DNA of 64,000 nucleotides, from assembly GCF_000150275.1 (NCBI RefSeq), contig NW_002060945.1, positions 4,575,397 to 4,639,396 on the forward strand. The letters are read 5' to 3'. Of this stretch, positions 1-13,500 are shown piece after piece. The notes beneath the pieces are model-generated. The model was given only the letters and a program-made list of their open reading frames with translations, did no database searches and had not been told where the DNA came from. The stretch is from Trichoplax adhaerens (lineage: Eukaryota > Animalia > Placozoa). The position numbers and the translations under genes were made by a program. Position 1 is the stretch's first letter. Each line of letters begins with the position of its first letter.

Positions 1-1574
1 ACAAACCATGCGTTTTAAAGAAAACCGCAGCTATGTATAGATTGTTCTTTTCTCTAAATTTTAGCCGAGGATCAATAGTCGTTCTTTAGATTTGTATTAA
101 TTAACTTTTTGCTTAGTAACTCTACTGTAAATGATGGGAAGACAGTAAATAAAAAACCCACAGATATTCAAGGGTATTGACGATCTAGGGGCCCTTCAGG
201 CACATTTCTCCTTGTTAACTAGTACAGATAGACGATATTTTATGAGTATACAAATTGACATAGGAGTTTGTACTTAATGCAGAACCTATTATTATTTTAA
301 TAACAACCCAATCACCAACAAGAGCAGGTTTAGATATCAAAATCAGACAAAAACAGATTTCTTATCTAAATTATTATTAATTCAAGGAACTATGATCTAC
401 TACTTGGAAATATACAATTTATGGACAGAATTAATAAATAATGATATAGGCATCGAAGAAAGTAGTTCCGTTATACTTTAAGAAAATAACATGGTATTCT
501 ATCATGATTATTAATAATCTTTGTTAGTATATATTAAATTTTCAAAAGGTTTACATTTTTTATTAATGTTTTCAACTATGATCCTATAATTACAATGCAG
601 TGCTTCGTCCACTATGTAAGAAAAATAGATTTTCCTATTTACTTCTATGACATCACCTGTGCTGCTTAATTATTATATTATGTAGAAGTGAGCGTAGTCA
701 AAGCCCCTTTCAAACCGTATTAAGCTCCAATGATTGTATTTACCTCATTATGAGATCATTTCCTTTATTGATAAACTATTCATGAAGTCAATATCTCTTA
801 GGATAAATATCTACCGTACATTATACTACACATGGCTAACAGTCTACAATCACAAATACTAAGTTACATTACATAGACCGTTACAGAAAATGAATACGAA
901 AAATTTATTATACACTCGTATTCATATCAGACAACTATATCAAATTGTTATTCACATCTAGCACTGCAATAATCTTCCGTTGAATAGGAAAATGGAATCG
1001 GTAATAGTATTGCTCTCCATTGCATGACCGATTTCAGCTCTAATCTATACAATACTATACTGGGGCTTGGTAACGAAAAGACCTTGATTCAAAATTTCAC
1101 TTCTAATTGGTATAGGTGTAGAACGAACCTCTTTCATGAAAGAAGTGACATTACAGGTGCGCGCACGCTGGCATATGGAATACGAGTATACTCGTATTTC
1201 CAGTAGTTGTGATGTAGATAGAGATACTACGGAACAGTCTAATGAATCTGATAAAAGAAAACCCGAAAAGATCTGGGTTTAAAACTCTACTTCCAGTTAG
1301 TATATACTGGAATACCATCATCTCATCACACGAGAAGCGCTATTACAGACTATGATTTACAGTTACGCGTACGTTGTTGTATGGAATACCTTCTCGAGTA
1401 GCGTTGTCTTGTAGATATACAGTACAGTAATATAATACCCACAATACCCAGAATACAGTATGTAGGGGAAATTGTTGTATTGAACTACCGTAATTATTAA
1501 TTAATAAATACAGACAGTGCTGTACTGTAGAGCGAATAGCAATCATGTGGAAGTTTATTTTACCGGTGCGCTTC

Positions 1575-2105
1575 TACTGCACTGTACTGTACACTACAGT
1601 ACTCTCAGTTAGTGCTTGATGCGGAACGCTACAGTGCGCTGCTACAGTAAAAATAATTGTACTGTATACTATGCACTGTACTAAAAAGAAAAGAGATACT
1701 GTACTGTACAGTACCAAAGAAACCCTACAGTACTATACTGTACAGTACTGTACACTATACACTGTACGGTACTTTGCACTACTGTACTGTACTGTATGCG
1801 CTACTGTACAGAGTACAGTATACTAAAAAGAAAAGAGATGCTGTACAGTGTACAGTACCAAAGAAACCGTACTATACTGTACACTGTACACTGTATAATG
1901 TATTGTACTGTACTGTACTGTACTGTACTAAATCAACTTAGCAGCATACTGTACCGTACTGTATTAGCAACTACTGTACTGTACAGTACGATACAGTTCT
2001 TTCTCTTCATTTTTTCTACTGTACTGTACTGTACTGTACTGTACAGTATGCAATCTAATGTACTGTACAGTACTGTACTGTACTGTACACTGTACAGTAA
2101 TACTT
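1575..2105. repeat. TACAG/CTGTA/TGTACA low-complexity island upstream of the orphan gene, containing a ~142-bp tandem duplication
   Basis: Dense (ACTGT)n and TGTACA runs. The block TACTAAAAAGAAAAGAGAT...CAGTACCAAAGAAACC occurs at ~1679 and ~1821. Overlapping YCTV/STVQ-rich ORFs are translations of this repeat. Confidence 0.9.
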
Positions 2106-2210
2106 GTAAGGTTTTTGCATTCTTGTCGATTTTTTATGTTGAGACTAAACCACAACAGTTCATACAACTTTCATTGATTTCGTTTGATTATCTTTACAGT
2201 TAAATAAAAA

Positions 2211-3152
2211 ATGGGAAAGAAAGCAACTTATGAAGATAAACCGATCGAATTCATTAAAGACAACTTGAAGTGTTTATTTCCTTTAATTCCTGCTGAAAAA
2301 TTTGAAAATTATGAGATCGTTTATAAATTCGATGAAAGCGACACCAACGCTTTATTCGGTGGTAAACAGTTCCTTATTCTATTCGATCGGGAGCTAACTG
2401 CTCCTGAAACGAAAAACGGGGGAAAAAAACAAATTATAATGCGTGATATCGATCTAAATTATATAAAGGAGAATCAGCAAGATAGTGAACTAAGTTTAAG
2501 GCTTAGCAACGAACAACATGAAGAATTAAGATCCTCATTAGATAAGACTCTGAAAGAAGTTGGCGTGGAAATGGAAACATCTACAGCAGATACCGATGAT
2601 TACCTTTCTCTTATCGGTTTCTTCGAAGAAATTATCTTATATTTATATACTACTCCACGATCTGGTCAAAAAACTCTCAAAACTTGTCTGATTAACGCTC
2701 GTAATTTCTTATTCGTATATTATTCTCTTATGAGACACGATATAAAAAACAAGTATTACCTTGATGCGATATTGCAAATCATGGCCTTTGTGTCATATCG
2801 AAATCTCGGTGTTGAACGTATAAGAGATATACGTCATCTACTTGAGCCTGCTATTGATGAAGTTTGCGCCAAATTTGATATTTGTTTTGATATGATAGTT
2901 CAAGGTTCTTGGGTGCCTGGGTTAGTAATTGGTGCTAGCTTGATAGTTGGCTATACAATGGCAACTGCTGAACCATTAATTGGTCTTGCCGTCGGTGTAA
3001 CAGGTGGTAGTATATTACACCGAGTATGTAATTCTAAATTTTCAGGTAAAGGGCAAGCAGGAAATACGAAGCTTACATGTTTCCCGGATGGTGAAAAAAT
3101 ATTTTTAATTAGACCGTCGAAGTTAGAGAAATCTGATAAGAAAAAGCAATAA
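2211..3152 (+). CDS. Intronless 313-aa protein of unknown function with a C-terminal glycine-rich hydrophobic hairpin
   Basis: 942-bp ORF in AT-rich DNA with normal protein composition; AAAAATGG start context; probable 5'UTR intron (gtaagg ~2106 to tttacag ~2199); segments GLVIGASLIVG and LIGLAVGVTGG. Confidence 0.75.
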   Translation: MGKKATYEDKPIEFIKDNLKCLFPLIPAEKFENYEIVYKFDESDTNALFGGKQFLILFDRELTAPETKNGGKKQIIMRDIDLNYIKENQQDSELSLRLSNEQHEELRSSLDKTLKEVGVEMETSTADTDDYLSLIGFFEEIILYLYTTPRSGQKTLKTCLINARNFLFVYYSLMRHDIKNKYYLDAILQIMAFVSYRNLGVERIRDIRHLLEPAIDEVCAKFDICFDMIVQGSWVPGLVIGASLIVGYTMATAEPLIGLAVGVTGGSILHRVCNSKFSGKGQAGNTKLTCFPDGEKIFLIRPSKLEKSDKKKQ

Positions 3153-4801
3153 TAAAATGTACAATCTCATTGAATGCTTTTTTTTAGCCAACGGAAATTG
3201 ATTTCCCTTATAATTGATTTAATATTGCACGGTGCTTACGTTAACGCGGATCATGGATTGCCTTAATTTTTTTATCCTATTTGCTACTGTTAAGATACAA
3301 ACAATCAGTATTTTCAGTATTAAGGGTCCAGGATCCACAAATTATATAACTGAGGCGTTTTCTGATTGAGTATTTAATTAAGAAAGATGTTAAAATATCG
3401 ACAATTCTAAAAAAATGACACATTGCTGAATTTTTGGAATACTGTACGTACTGTATGTCTATATTGTCTGCAATTACGTGTTTTTCAGAAGAAAAATGTC
3501 ACCTTTTTGACATACTATACTTTTACACCAAATATCCGTAAAGGTCTAAGAAGGAGAGGTCTTCGTTGCAATTTTTGATATAAAGTTTACTCAAAGACCC
3601 ATCAATTGAAGGTGATATGTACGGAAATTTAGATGAATACACAGTTGGGGTGGTTTATACGTATACAAGTATATTTGAATTTACTCTCCTAGTTTATTAA
3701 AATCATGGTACAATATAAATATAATTGGTGAATGATTCAGTAACTTACGCTGGGCTAAATCCAGTAACTTATGCGTCATCAAATAAAGCAATGATTCGGT
3801 AACCGTTTTAAATTTGGAAATAAAAAACACTTTGACCAAGTAATCTAGAAGTCCATGCTTGCTTGTATCTTCTGTGTAAAGTGTACTTTACGAATGTACG
3901 GTACTATTCTTTTTAAACTGTATTCACAAGAACTCCCTACAAGATCCAAGTCATACCCGTACGGTAGAATAAAATTATTGGTTCACAGATTTAAACACTT
4001 TAGAATCTTCATGTACTTACTGAGCTATCTATTAGTATCATACCATATCAGTGACAATTTTAGAACTAATTCTAAACTTTGTTACGATAGCTAATTCATC
4101 GCTTCATTCTTGTAGGGATTAATTATTAATTTATACGATCGGACTGTCCGAAGGGATAGCGATCTCGATTGAAAACATATTTAGGTTCTCACTCTAGTTT
4201 GTAATTGAGTGATACAGTATACGTATATCGACGATATTCGCTAATAATTATTGTTGATGATAATGATATCATTTTCTTTTATCATTTGTTTCATCATGAA
4301 TCTTATCAGCTGAATTTACGACTTTTCGTTACATTTACCGATAGTTGAGATTACATAAATCGTCATTGCCGATTCCGTAATTTTTTTGATAGTATTCACG
4401 AATTATGTATTTAGTCACAAATACTCGTTGAAAATTTACACAGGTACATAGAATCATAAATCTAAAGTAATTCAAATCTTTATTACAGGTTCGTTAATAA
4501 TATCAGTTCTTAATAAATTCTATTCTAAAACGTGTGAATGCACGCTAGGTATATAGCGTATTAAAAGAAACGATATTATGTCATTGACAGTAAGATAAAT
4601 ACGCATCGCCAATTACTTAAAATGATATTTAATGCTGTTAGGAACAAAAGATGAAGTATCTCATCATCCAAATTATAGGTCTTTTCGCGCATACGAACAC
4701 GTCAATGCCAATATCTACATAATATTAACTAATCGCCCAAATCAGTACTGAACTAATGTTACGATTAGCAAGATATTTCATCACTTTTTAATGTTTTAAG
4801 A

Positions 4802-7800
4802 TCAATATTCAGAGTCACTTGAATTATCTCGAGGCATTAATGGCTCATAATTTCTTTCACTTAATTGAGAAGCGGCATCAATCGAAGCTGTCACCCACTC
4901 TGAGCCGACGAAGTGACGTAATAACTTTCTGTTTTTGTCTAACTTTCGCAGTTTTTGCATTCGAGATAAATCGCTATCCAACATTAAACACATACCGTTA
5001 AAAATTAAATATGTACAAAATTGTAAGTTATGACCAGTTTAGCAACTTTAGCAACTTACCTTGGATCAAACACGATATGAGTAACATGACGATCTAAAAT
5101 GCTAGATATAGTTCCTCCATAATATCTGAAATTAAGTCCAATCAAGTCTAGGGGACTATCTCGTATGCGCTAAATAGAACGGAAAACTTACTTAGCACAT
5201 ACTAGTTTTATATGAACTATAGGGTATAGTAACTGCATAATTGCTTACGGTCGCGTCATTGTCAACTTGACGATACCAATCGAAGTAAGCCCTACAAGAT
5301 TTCAAATGTAAGTTGTTATTAATTAGCAATTCTACAGGTGTAGCTTTAAATTCGAGTTACAACAAAGTGTACACTTGATAAAATTTATTATTACCTGCAT
5401 CTTCTAAAGAGTCCTAGGGGAGATTCGTCAGGGAAGTACCTCATCTCTACATCGCAAATTTCTTTTTGTGTTGCAGTACTTACTAAATCATCCTGAGAGA
5501 ATATCATCAAGGTATACGTTGAGTAACAAATACTCCATTGACTGAAAGACATTATTGAACTATATGAAAGTATGTTCCTTTGACCTCATTGTTAATTTTA
5601 TCGAAGATCGCTTTTAAAGCGACAGGGTTGTCAATATCTTTAGTGTAACTATCTCCGTATTTATCGTATTCTTTCGCGAAAACTTCTGCAGTTTTAGGCG
5701 AACTGTGAATTACTTGATTAGGTTGCCATTCTAGGCATCTACCTGCAGCCTATAGAGAAAATTTCCGACATAATAAAATTTATTTGGATGACTTAAATTG
5801 CTGCTAGATGACAATACTTGACTTACCAATGAATCTAACAGCCAATCAACTTTTACGACATCATAAATATTTTGGCTATTTTAAGGATAAGATGCAAGTA
5901 ATTATGGGACAAAATAAAAATTAATCTTAAGCTTTATCTGTGGTATATGCGTACGAATAAATGCATCGTCTACCTAATGATATTTCGAGCACGTATCGTT
6001 TTACGATCAGTTATAACACAAAATGTTTCCATTCCTGGATTTTGCACAAATGTACCACCGTTTTCTACAATTCGCTTTTCAACTGAGGCTTTTGGATTGT
6101 GTTTCGGTCCACTCACTACACAAAATTCTTTACCCGAAAATACTTGTGAGACCTAGATTTCAATTATACGTATACTTAGAAATATGTAGTATGGAAATGG
6201 CTTAATTAGCAGTGAAAATTTTGTAAACAATGCTGATTAAATGCTTAGAGCTTGCCTGCTTTACGTCACTAATATCTGCCGTTCGAAATTGAGGAGCAAT
6301 TGTGCAAACAGTTTCAGGTCGAATATTTGCTTTTTGCCTTTTTTTGGAAGGCCCAAACATTAATGTTTCGCTGGTTTCGTCTGCATGTTGGTACGCCAAT
6401 CTTCCTTCTGCAATCTATAAAGTTGAAATGTTATATAAAGCATGCATCACAAATACAGGTTTCATAAAAAGCGTCATGATATGCTTCTAAATGAATAAAT
6501 TACTTACAGATTTTAGTTGATCCAGTTCATCTAGATCCATGCATTCATACCAATATTTGTCTTCTCTAACAAGTTCTACCCTTGGGTACCGCAAGGTACA
6601 ATTGCATTTAAATCTTTGGGAGAAATAGGAGAATTTCTTAGTTTGTACCTAATCTTATTCACACGTATTGAATAACCGTCAATACTTGTCAGTTGAAGGT
6701 ACAATTTCGGCTGCTTTGATTTGTACAATCTTAGAATGAATCGGTTCTATCCATAAGTCTGGCTTTTCAGACATCAATTGAAAGTATGGTGGAAGTTTCT
6801 TAGGATTCATGGGTTTCCAATAGGGTTTTAATTTCTCTCCAAGCTCTTTTAATTCAGCAATAGTATATCCTGACCCCACCTATTTGTTTATCACAAATTA
6901 AACTGTTAATTGAATGAAATAATGAGAAAATTTGGATAGCATTGGATCTATTGCCATAAGCATTGACCAACCTTGCAGAAAGATTGAAATACTTTAGGGT
7001 GTTCACTAGGATTTTCCGGAGGTACAGCTACCCCAAGTAAAAAGTGAGAAATTAGGCCACCACGTCGGCCAACGCCAAAGTAGCCTCCAATTATTAATAG
7101 ATCCAATTGATCGCTCAAGCTATCTACATATTCTGGCTTAATTTTAAACCATCCACTGCCTGTTGAGTAAAATGCATAAACTAGCTTATAAGTAAATGTG
7201 ATTAAACAAAATTGAAACGCTTCATACTCGTATACTTTATTTCTTGTACCTTTTCTCTGATCCGGCTTGTAAGTGGAAATTGGGTTTTTTATGATGATGC
7301 CTTCTTCCCTAGTATCTATTGCTTCATTAAGTGAGTCTAAAACATCTTTTTTACTTGTAGCTTGCCGTTGTTTGACTACCATGATTCGACCAGGTATAGG
7401 AGTGAATACTTGCTTTAAGTATCCGAGTCGTTCATGCAAGGAATGGTTTGCTAATTTTTTACCGTTCAACATTAAAATATCAAATACCATATAGCATTGT
7501 TGTATAATAGCTGACGTTCTGCCTACTGCTTTGACATCGATATTCTCACCACGAGGACTACATATATCGAACCGGTTAAAGAATACGTTTAGGTATACTA
7601 TTCTAACGACACTAGATCAAGTATTTCTACTTAAACTGCTCATATAATTTACTAGTCTCTAAAAGTAGACTACTTACACATAACAGTCATTTTCCATATC
7701 GTAACCAACCATCTCGCCATCTAGAATGGCAGATTGAACTTGACTACTAAAAACGTTTACGATAAATGGGGTAAAGGATCCTTCATCAGGCGTTGCTCCA

Positions 7801-9569
7801 AATGAAGAAGTGTATTCTTTAGAACTAAATGAATGGTTAAAAATTATCATACAATTACTTTACATAAATTTTTAAATTTGTCAAAGTACTGTCTGATAGA
7901 TATTACTTCTAAAGCAAATATTTTTTCTTAGCTTTTAAAGAGTACTTTATTAGATGATAATAATTAAAAAGCGTATTCTACTAACCTTCTAGAAAAATAC
8001 ATGTATTTATTTCCGTCCTTATGCAGCTGCATTCTATCTCCATCTGCTTTGCATTCTATATAAAACATTTCATGGTTCATTAGTTTTTCAACTTGTTGCA
8101 AAGGGCATCTTTCAGCTAACATAGGACGAAATGGTACGAATAGCTCTATTGAGGTTTCATTAAGTCTCACGTCAGGATCCATAAGGTCGGAGCATACCTA
8201 CGGTCAGAAAGTTTACGAAATTTGCTAAGAATATACCGCAAACATTGACACTATGAAATAGAATAGTACAGCATGAAGAAGATAAACAACACATAGGTCA
8301 TATACTGTATTATGCTCCTTTAGTATTTTAGTGACATAATCAAGGACATAGCAGCATTTTTTTACTGTTGTTTTCCTTTGACGTACTGTATAAGCTCTCT
8401 ATTATAATACATATGTGCAGCATAGGATAAAGAAAAGAAACTTTGGCGTATTTGTTGATTCTCATATCATAGTACATAGTTTAACAACAAGACTATCAAA
8501 ATGTATACGTAGCTAGTATATGAGTATATAAACCAGCAACTTTTTATCGAATATTAACATTCTATCTGTAAGAGTCGCATTCAAAAGGAAACCTTTGATA
8601 AGCTGCTGCTAACGTTGAACAGATCGGAGGCGTCGGGATGAAAAACGCTGAAAATAGAATTCTCGCTAAGGCCTACTTTTAACTCTTTCATAATCATTCT
8701 AATAAGCCATTTTTGTTCCATAGCACATGTATTCCGTAACAACTTTCGTAGATTATTTCTGACATCATCTCGCTTTCTTTGTGAATTAGCCATAGCTATA
8801 TTGTCTAAACACTCGTTTACATCGGCAATAGATAAAGTTCCTTTCTCTGGGCATCTTGTTCTCAGAACAAAGAAAGCGACGCTTGCAAAATCGCCTAGAA
8901 ATCGTTACAAATTTTAAACTGTTTTTAATTTAACATTGGTAGGATGAAAAATTCCATATTACTTTACATTATTTAATTAAATATCTATATTTTGATCGTG
9001 GTTATATAATATTTAAGTAATAAATTGATAGCATTTATTATTGGGTATACCGTACGTGTAAACTATTGCATAGAGTCTTTCATATTAGAAATTGGTAGTT
9101 TAATTAGGGATACCTGCATCTTGCTTGGCAGCTGCTGGTGCACGATAATTCATCAGCTTTTGAGCAGCTGGGCTTTCCTTACTGATACTCAAGATATCAA
9201 TGTAATATTTAGCTAAAGCAGTTTCCTTCATGCCGTATGCTAAGCGCTCTTTATCCATTTGTGGTAATAATAATCTCATTGCAGAAAAAAAGCTATCTTC
9301 CTACAAAGATAAGATGATATCGTTACAATGTTACACTAAGAATATATTATTATTTTACTGTATTGCAGAGCTTTCAGTAATTCACACCATAATAGTATCG
9401 TTACCGTGGATGACTTTCCATACAGTTTGAAATGAGCTGTCCTCCAAGAGCTAAGAAAATCGGAATAAATTTTTTTCTTTTTCTCCTTGCCGCTGGCTTG
9501 ACTAATACGCTCCAGTAATGTGCACAGATCGAAGAAAGGAACTTCGTCTGCAACGGTTTTGGTAGCCAT
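4802..9569 (-). CDS. LIG4: DNA ligase IV (multi-exon)
   Basis: Spliced exons give [36 protein letters not shown], adenylation motif [50 protein letters not shown] and two C-terminal BRCT-like regions ending SEWVTASID...Y*. Confidence 0.97.
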
Positions 9570-10570
9570 ACCAAGAGTACTGAATAAACAGTAGAATATA
9601 ATGTATGCTTTCATTAGATAAGCCGATTCATCAACGAATGAATTAGTTACGAAGGCAGCTAGACCTGTATAATATGTACTGTACACTACAGTAGCTGTGA
9701 TCTTCAAATGATTAATTATCTACTGCTATTATTCATTTTGTGACTATCAACTTACTTTGTTTATATTCTGCTGTTTCTGTAGGAGAATTAACTTGCGAAT
9801 AGCTGGATCGAATGAAACGCTGGATACTCTATCACGAAAGCACTTATCGCTGCAGTTCTAATGGATCGATTCTACAGGTGCAACGTAAGGTATGAAATTT
9901 ATTTTCATCAAGGAGAGTTTATTTACAAGAAATCACTTTACTATAGCTGTTAATGCTCTATACAGTATGAAATTTAATCGTACAGTATTGGTAATAATTA
10001 TTATTATTATTATTTATTTATAAGGGCTGAAGACTACTGGGCTAGTTGCAACTTGCCACTTGTGCTGTAGAATACTGTACTATCTACTAACCTCTAGTGA
10101 TACTACTTAACTCGTACGCAGCAAGTTTCAACATGCACGACTACGATACTGAAGTGGCTGCATCTCTATGGCGACGTAAGCAATTGACTGAAATTGTAGA
10201 ATGTACAGTACAGTACAGTGTACAGTGTACAGTACATTGTGCAACTTTGGCACTAAGCATACTGTAGTGTACTCTCAAATTTCTTACAATACACCCAACA
10301 CGAAGTCGTCTTCACGAAGGGGCAGTGACGGTACATTGATAGCCTGCAACCTCGGGTTTCTAAAGCTGAGATTGTAGGAATGATAATAATAAATTAATAA
10401 ATAAATTAATAATTGATTCATCATGAAAGCAGCGGTAGACACTTAACAGCAGAGTACTTTAGTTCTATTTCTTAAGTGCAAAACGCCGCAACTTTGTCGC
10501 ATTATTTAAGTGTAGTAGCTTCTATACAATTCGTATACTATATTTCTTTCCGTCCTCTTGCAACTAGTCC
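9570..10570. promoter_or_regulatory. Putative bidirectional promoter LIG4/GFM2 with TACAG tracts
   Basis: Head-to-head ATGs 1.0 kb apart; TACAG runs at ~9675-9695 and ~10200-10270. Confidence 0.65.
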
Positions 10571-13500
10571 ATGATGATCAAGCTGCAATCTCGAATATAC
10601 CAGGTATTAACAGGCATTCGATTTTCCTACAGTAACAGCTTCGCTGTATAGTAGTAGTATACAGATGGTGCTGAGGTGAGCTTTTCCATTGAATGAGTTT
10701 GCATCATACAGTACGATAGATTAGGCTAGCACTTTCCTTTTATTCTTTGAAATATCGATGGGATAAATCTGTTATTCTATCTTAAATGACTCAAGATGAA
10801 TTTGGAATATGAGCATGATGCTAAAGCTATCGTGGTTAATTTTATAAACTGTATTATGATATAAATGTAAATGTTATATTGTAGTCCACTTTGCAGCATA
10901 TACGCAGCTCTCGGTTGCACATGACAGCTCGGCTTTTAGGTAAGATAAACTATGCAATTGGAATTAATTTTCAATTAGTATAGCATAGAATAAGATAAGT
11001 TAGGCGATCAGATTAAGCCTGTTGTGCCATTACCGGATCTATTAACATTTTAGGCTCTAAAAAGCTAGTAAAGGAAGACTCGGAAATTCACAGGCAAGAC
11101 CACAGATTGTAGAATATCTGCATTATCAGCTACAGTACTGTACATGTACATACAGTATATCCAGTAAACGTAAAATAAAATAAATTCTTGTTTTACATCT
11201 TGTGATAGGATTCGCAACATTGGAATTATCGCACATATTGATGCAGGAAAGACTACTGTAACCGAAAGGATGCTATTCTATTCTGGATTTACTAAAACCA
11301 TTGGAGGTAACATTTACGAGTCTACTTGAATGAAGACATATTCAATACTGTACACAAAACCTGCATACTGTAAATATAATTAATTAATACTGTATAATCT
11401 GCAGCTAAGTACAGTACTATATATATATATATATATTCAATTCTGTACCATCTATAAAATTATCATTGTACGGGTTTAATGTAAATACTTTATTGCATTA
11501 TAATGTGATTTCTTTTTACAGTATAATGTAATCTCTTACTTCTATAACAGAGGTCCATGATGGGGATACCGTAATGGATTATATGCAACAAGTACAGAAT
11601 TAAGTTCTTATTTTTTCTATTTTTAATCAATTGATATGTTGTGTCTTGTACTGTTCGTTAAGATTTTTTAGCTGAAATTTGAAACGCATCACATCAAATC
11701 ATCGTTCTGATTAGCTGTAAATTAATAAATTTGTGTTTAAAGGAACGTGATAGAGGGATAACCATACAGTCAGCTGCTATCTCATTCCAATGGAAGCAAC
11801 ATAGAATTAATTTAATCGATACACCAGGTTATATACTACAAGTTTATTTAAATACTACATTATGGTCAATGTAATATCTTTGCAAGGATGATTCAATTCT
11901 ATAAAACTATCCATTTATTGTTTTAGGCCATATCGATTTTACAGTTGAAGTTGAGAGAGCATTAAGGGTGTTAGATGGTGCTGTAGCTGTATTTGATGCT
12001 GTTTCTGGAGTCCAGGTTTGTTCAGACTATATTTTTGTCACAATTTGGGATGCAGATGCATTGAACATGACTATATTCCCTATAAAAATATTTTGTTGAT
12101 ATCGATTAAATAGGCTCAAACGTTTTCAGTATGGCGTCAGGCAGATCGTTATCGTGTTCCTCGAATTGCTTTCATAAATAAAATGGATAGAAATGCTGCG
12201 GAGTAAGTAAATTAATGATGTAAATTAATATTTGTATTGAAATCTAATTTCTAAAATTGATAAAATTATCGACAATTATTTAGCTTTGAGATGACGCTGC
12301 AATCCATTAAAGAAAAACTTCGTGTACAGCCTCTAGTTACTCAGGTATCTAGAAGTTAATATTTATTGTATTTCCACCTGGTTAATGGCTCAATATATGT
12401 ACAACATGCATACATTATGTATATCGTGCACTTTTTCTATTTATTTATTCATATTTATGCTATCACGATTATACTATATACTGTAGCTACCTGTTGGCCA
12501 GGGTGCTACCTTTTCAGGAATTGTAGATTTACCCACAATGCAACTAATCACATGGGATTCTAGCGACTGTGAGCATGGTTCTACGTTTAATAGCAGAGAT
12601 ATCAAAGAGACTGATGACTTATTGTGGGAAAATTCACAACAAGCGAGATCTGAATTGGTTGAGCAGGTAAAATACCGCTGTTATGCATTCCCTATGAAAT
12701 TAAAAGAATCATAACATACAATTTTTAACTGTACACCTTTCAGTTAGCTGAATTGGATGACGATATTTTAAATGTACTATTACAAAATGATGATATGAAC
12801 CATGAACTTCTTTCAAGCGAAGAGGTTTGAAAGTATTTGATTGATGCTAAAGAGATCTGTAGATAAATTTCATTAAGAGTTTCTTCGTTTCTTTCAGATT
12901 ACTTCTGCTATAGCCAGAGTTACAAAAAATATTAAAGCAATTCCAGTTTTATGCGGTAGTGCTTTAAAGAACAAGGGCATTCAACCATTAATGAATAGGA
13001 TTACTGAGTATTTACCATCGCCAGTTCCTGAGAATGATGAAATTAGGTAAAAATTTATCAAAATGAAATCGTTATAGAGTCCATTATGGAATATGCTCAT
13101 CTTCACTATTGCTAAAAATATTTTATTTATGTAAACTAGTGCGGTCTTTGGAGACAATCTTTTCGCATACGCCTTTAAGGTTTAACATAATTTGATTGAC
13201 TGATGCAGCGTGATGTACTGCATCTACCCTTTTAGTGATATTACTTAAACTGCAGTATTTTTTTATCTCTATTTGACTGTAGGTTATCTATGATCGTCAA
13301 AGGGGTCCATTAGTATTTTTAAGGATTTATTCCGGTAACCTTAAATCTCGTCAGTCGATCTTTAATGCTACGCGCAGCTGCCGGTAAGTCAGTTTTATAA
13401 AACCTATAAATATTCCTACTATTCAATAAATTAATTTTACAATTCTACATGTTAGAGAACAAGTTAATCGCTTGCTACTTGTTTTTGCTGATGATTATCA

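Noticed and set aside
1657-2203. ORFs rich in YCTV/STVQ (also at 25.6-26.0, 26.5-27.8, 30.4-31.2, 50.2-51.4 and 59.7-60.0 kb)
   Set aside because: Translations of stop-poor TACAG repeats; no domain content.
7160-7249. Stop-free in-frame (3n) introns in LIG4 (90 nt), UBQLN (~87 nt near 21.4 kb) and CTC1 (81 nt, 62347-62427) as regulated intron retention
   Set aside because: About three among roughly a hundred short introns is near chance expectation, and the inserted peptides would interrupt conserved domains.
8895-9113. Possible U12-type intron in LIG4 (donor GTATCCCT)
   Set aside because: One mismatch to GTATCCTT and no convincing TCCTTAAC branch point near the acceptor.
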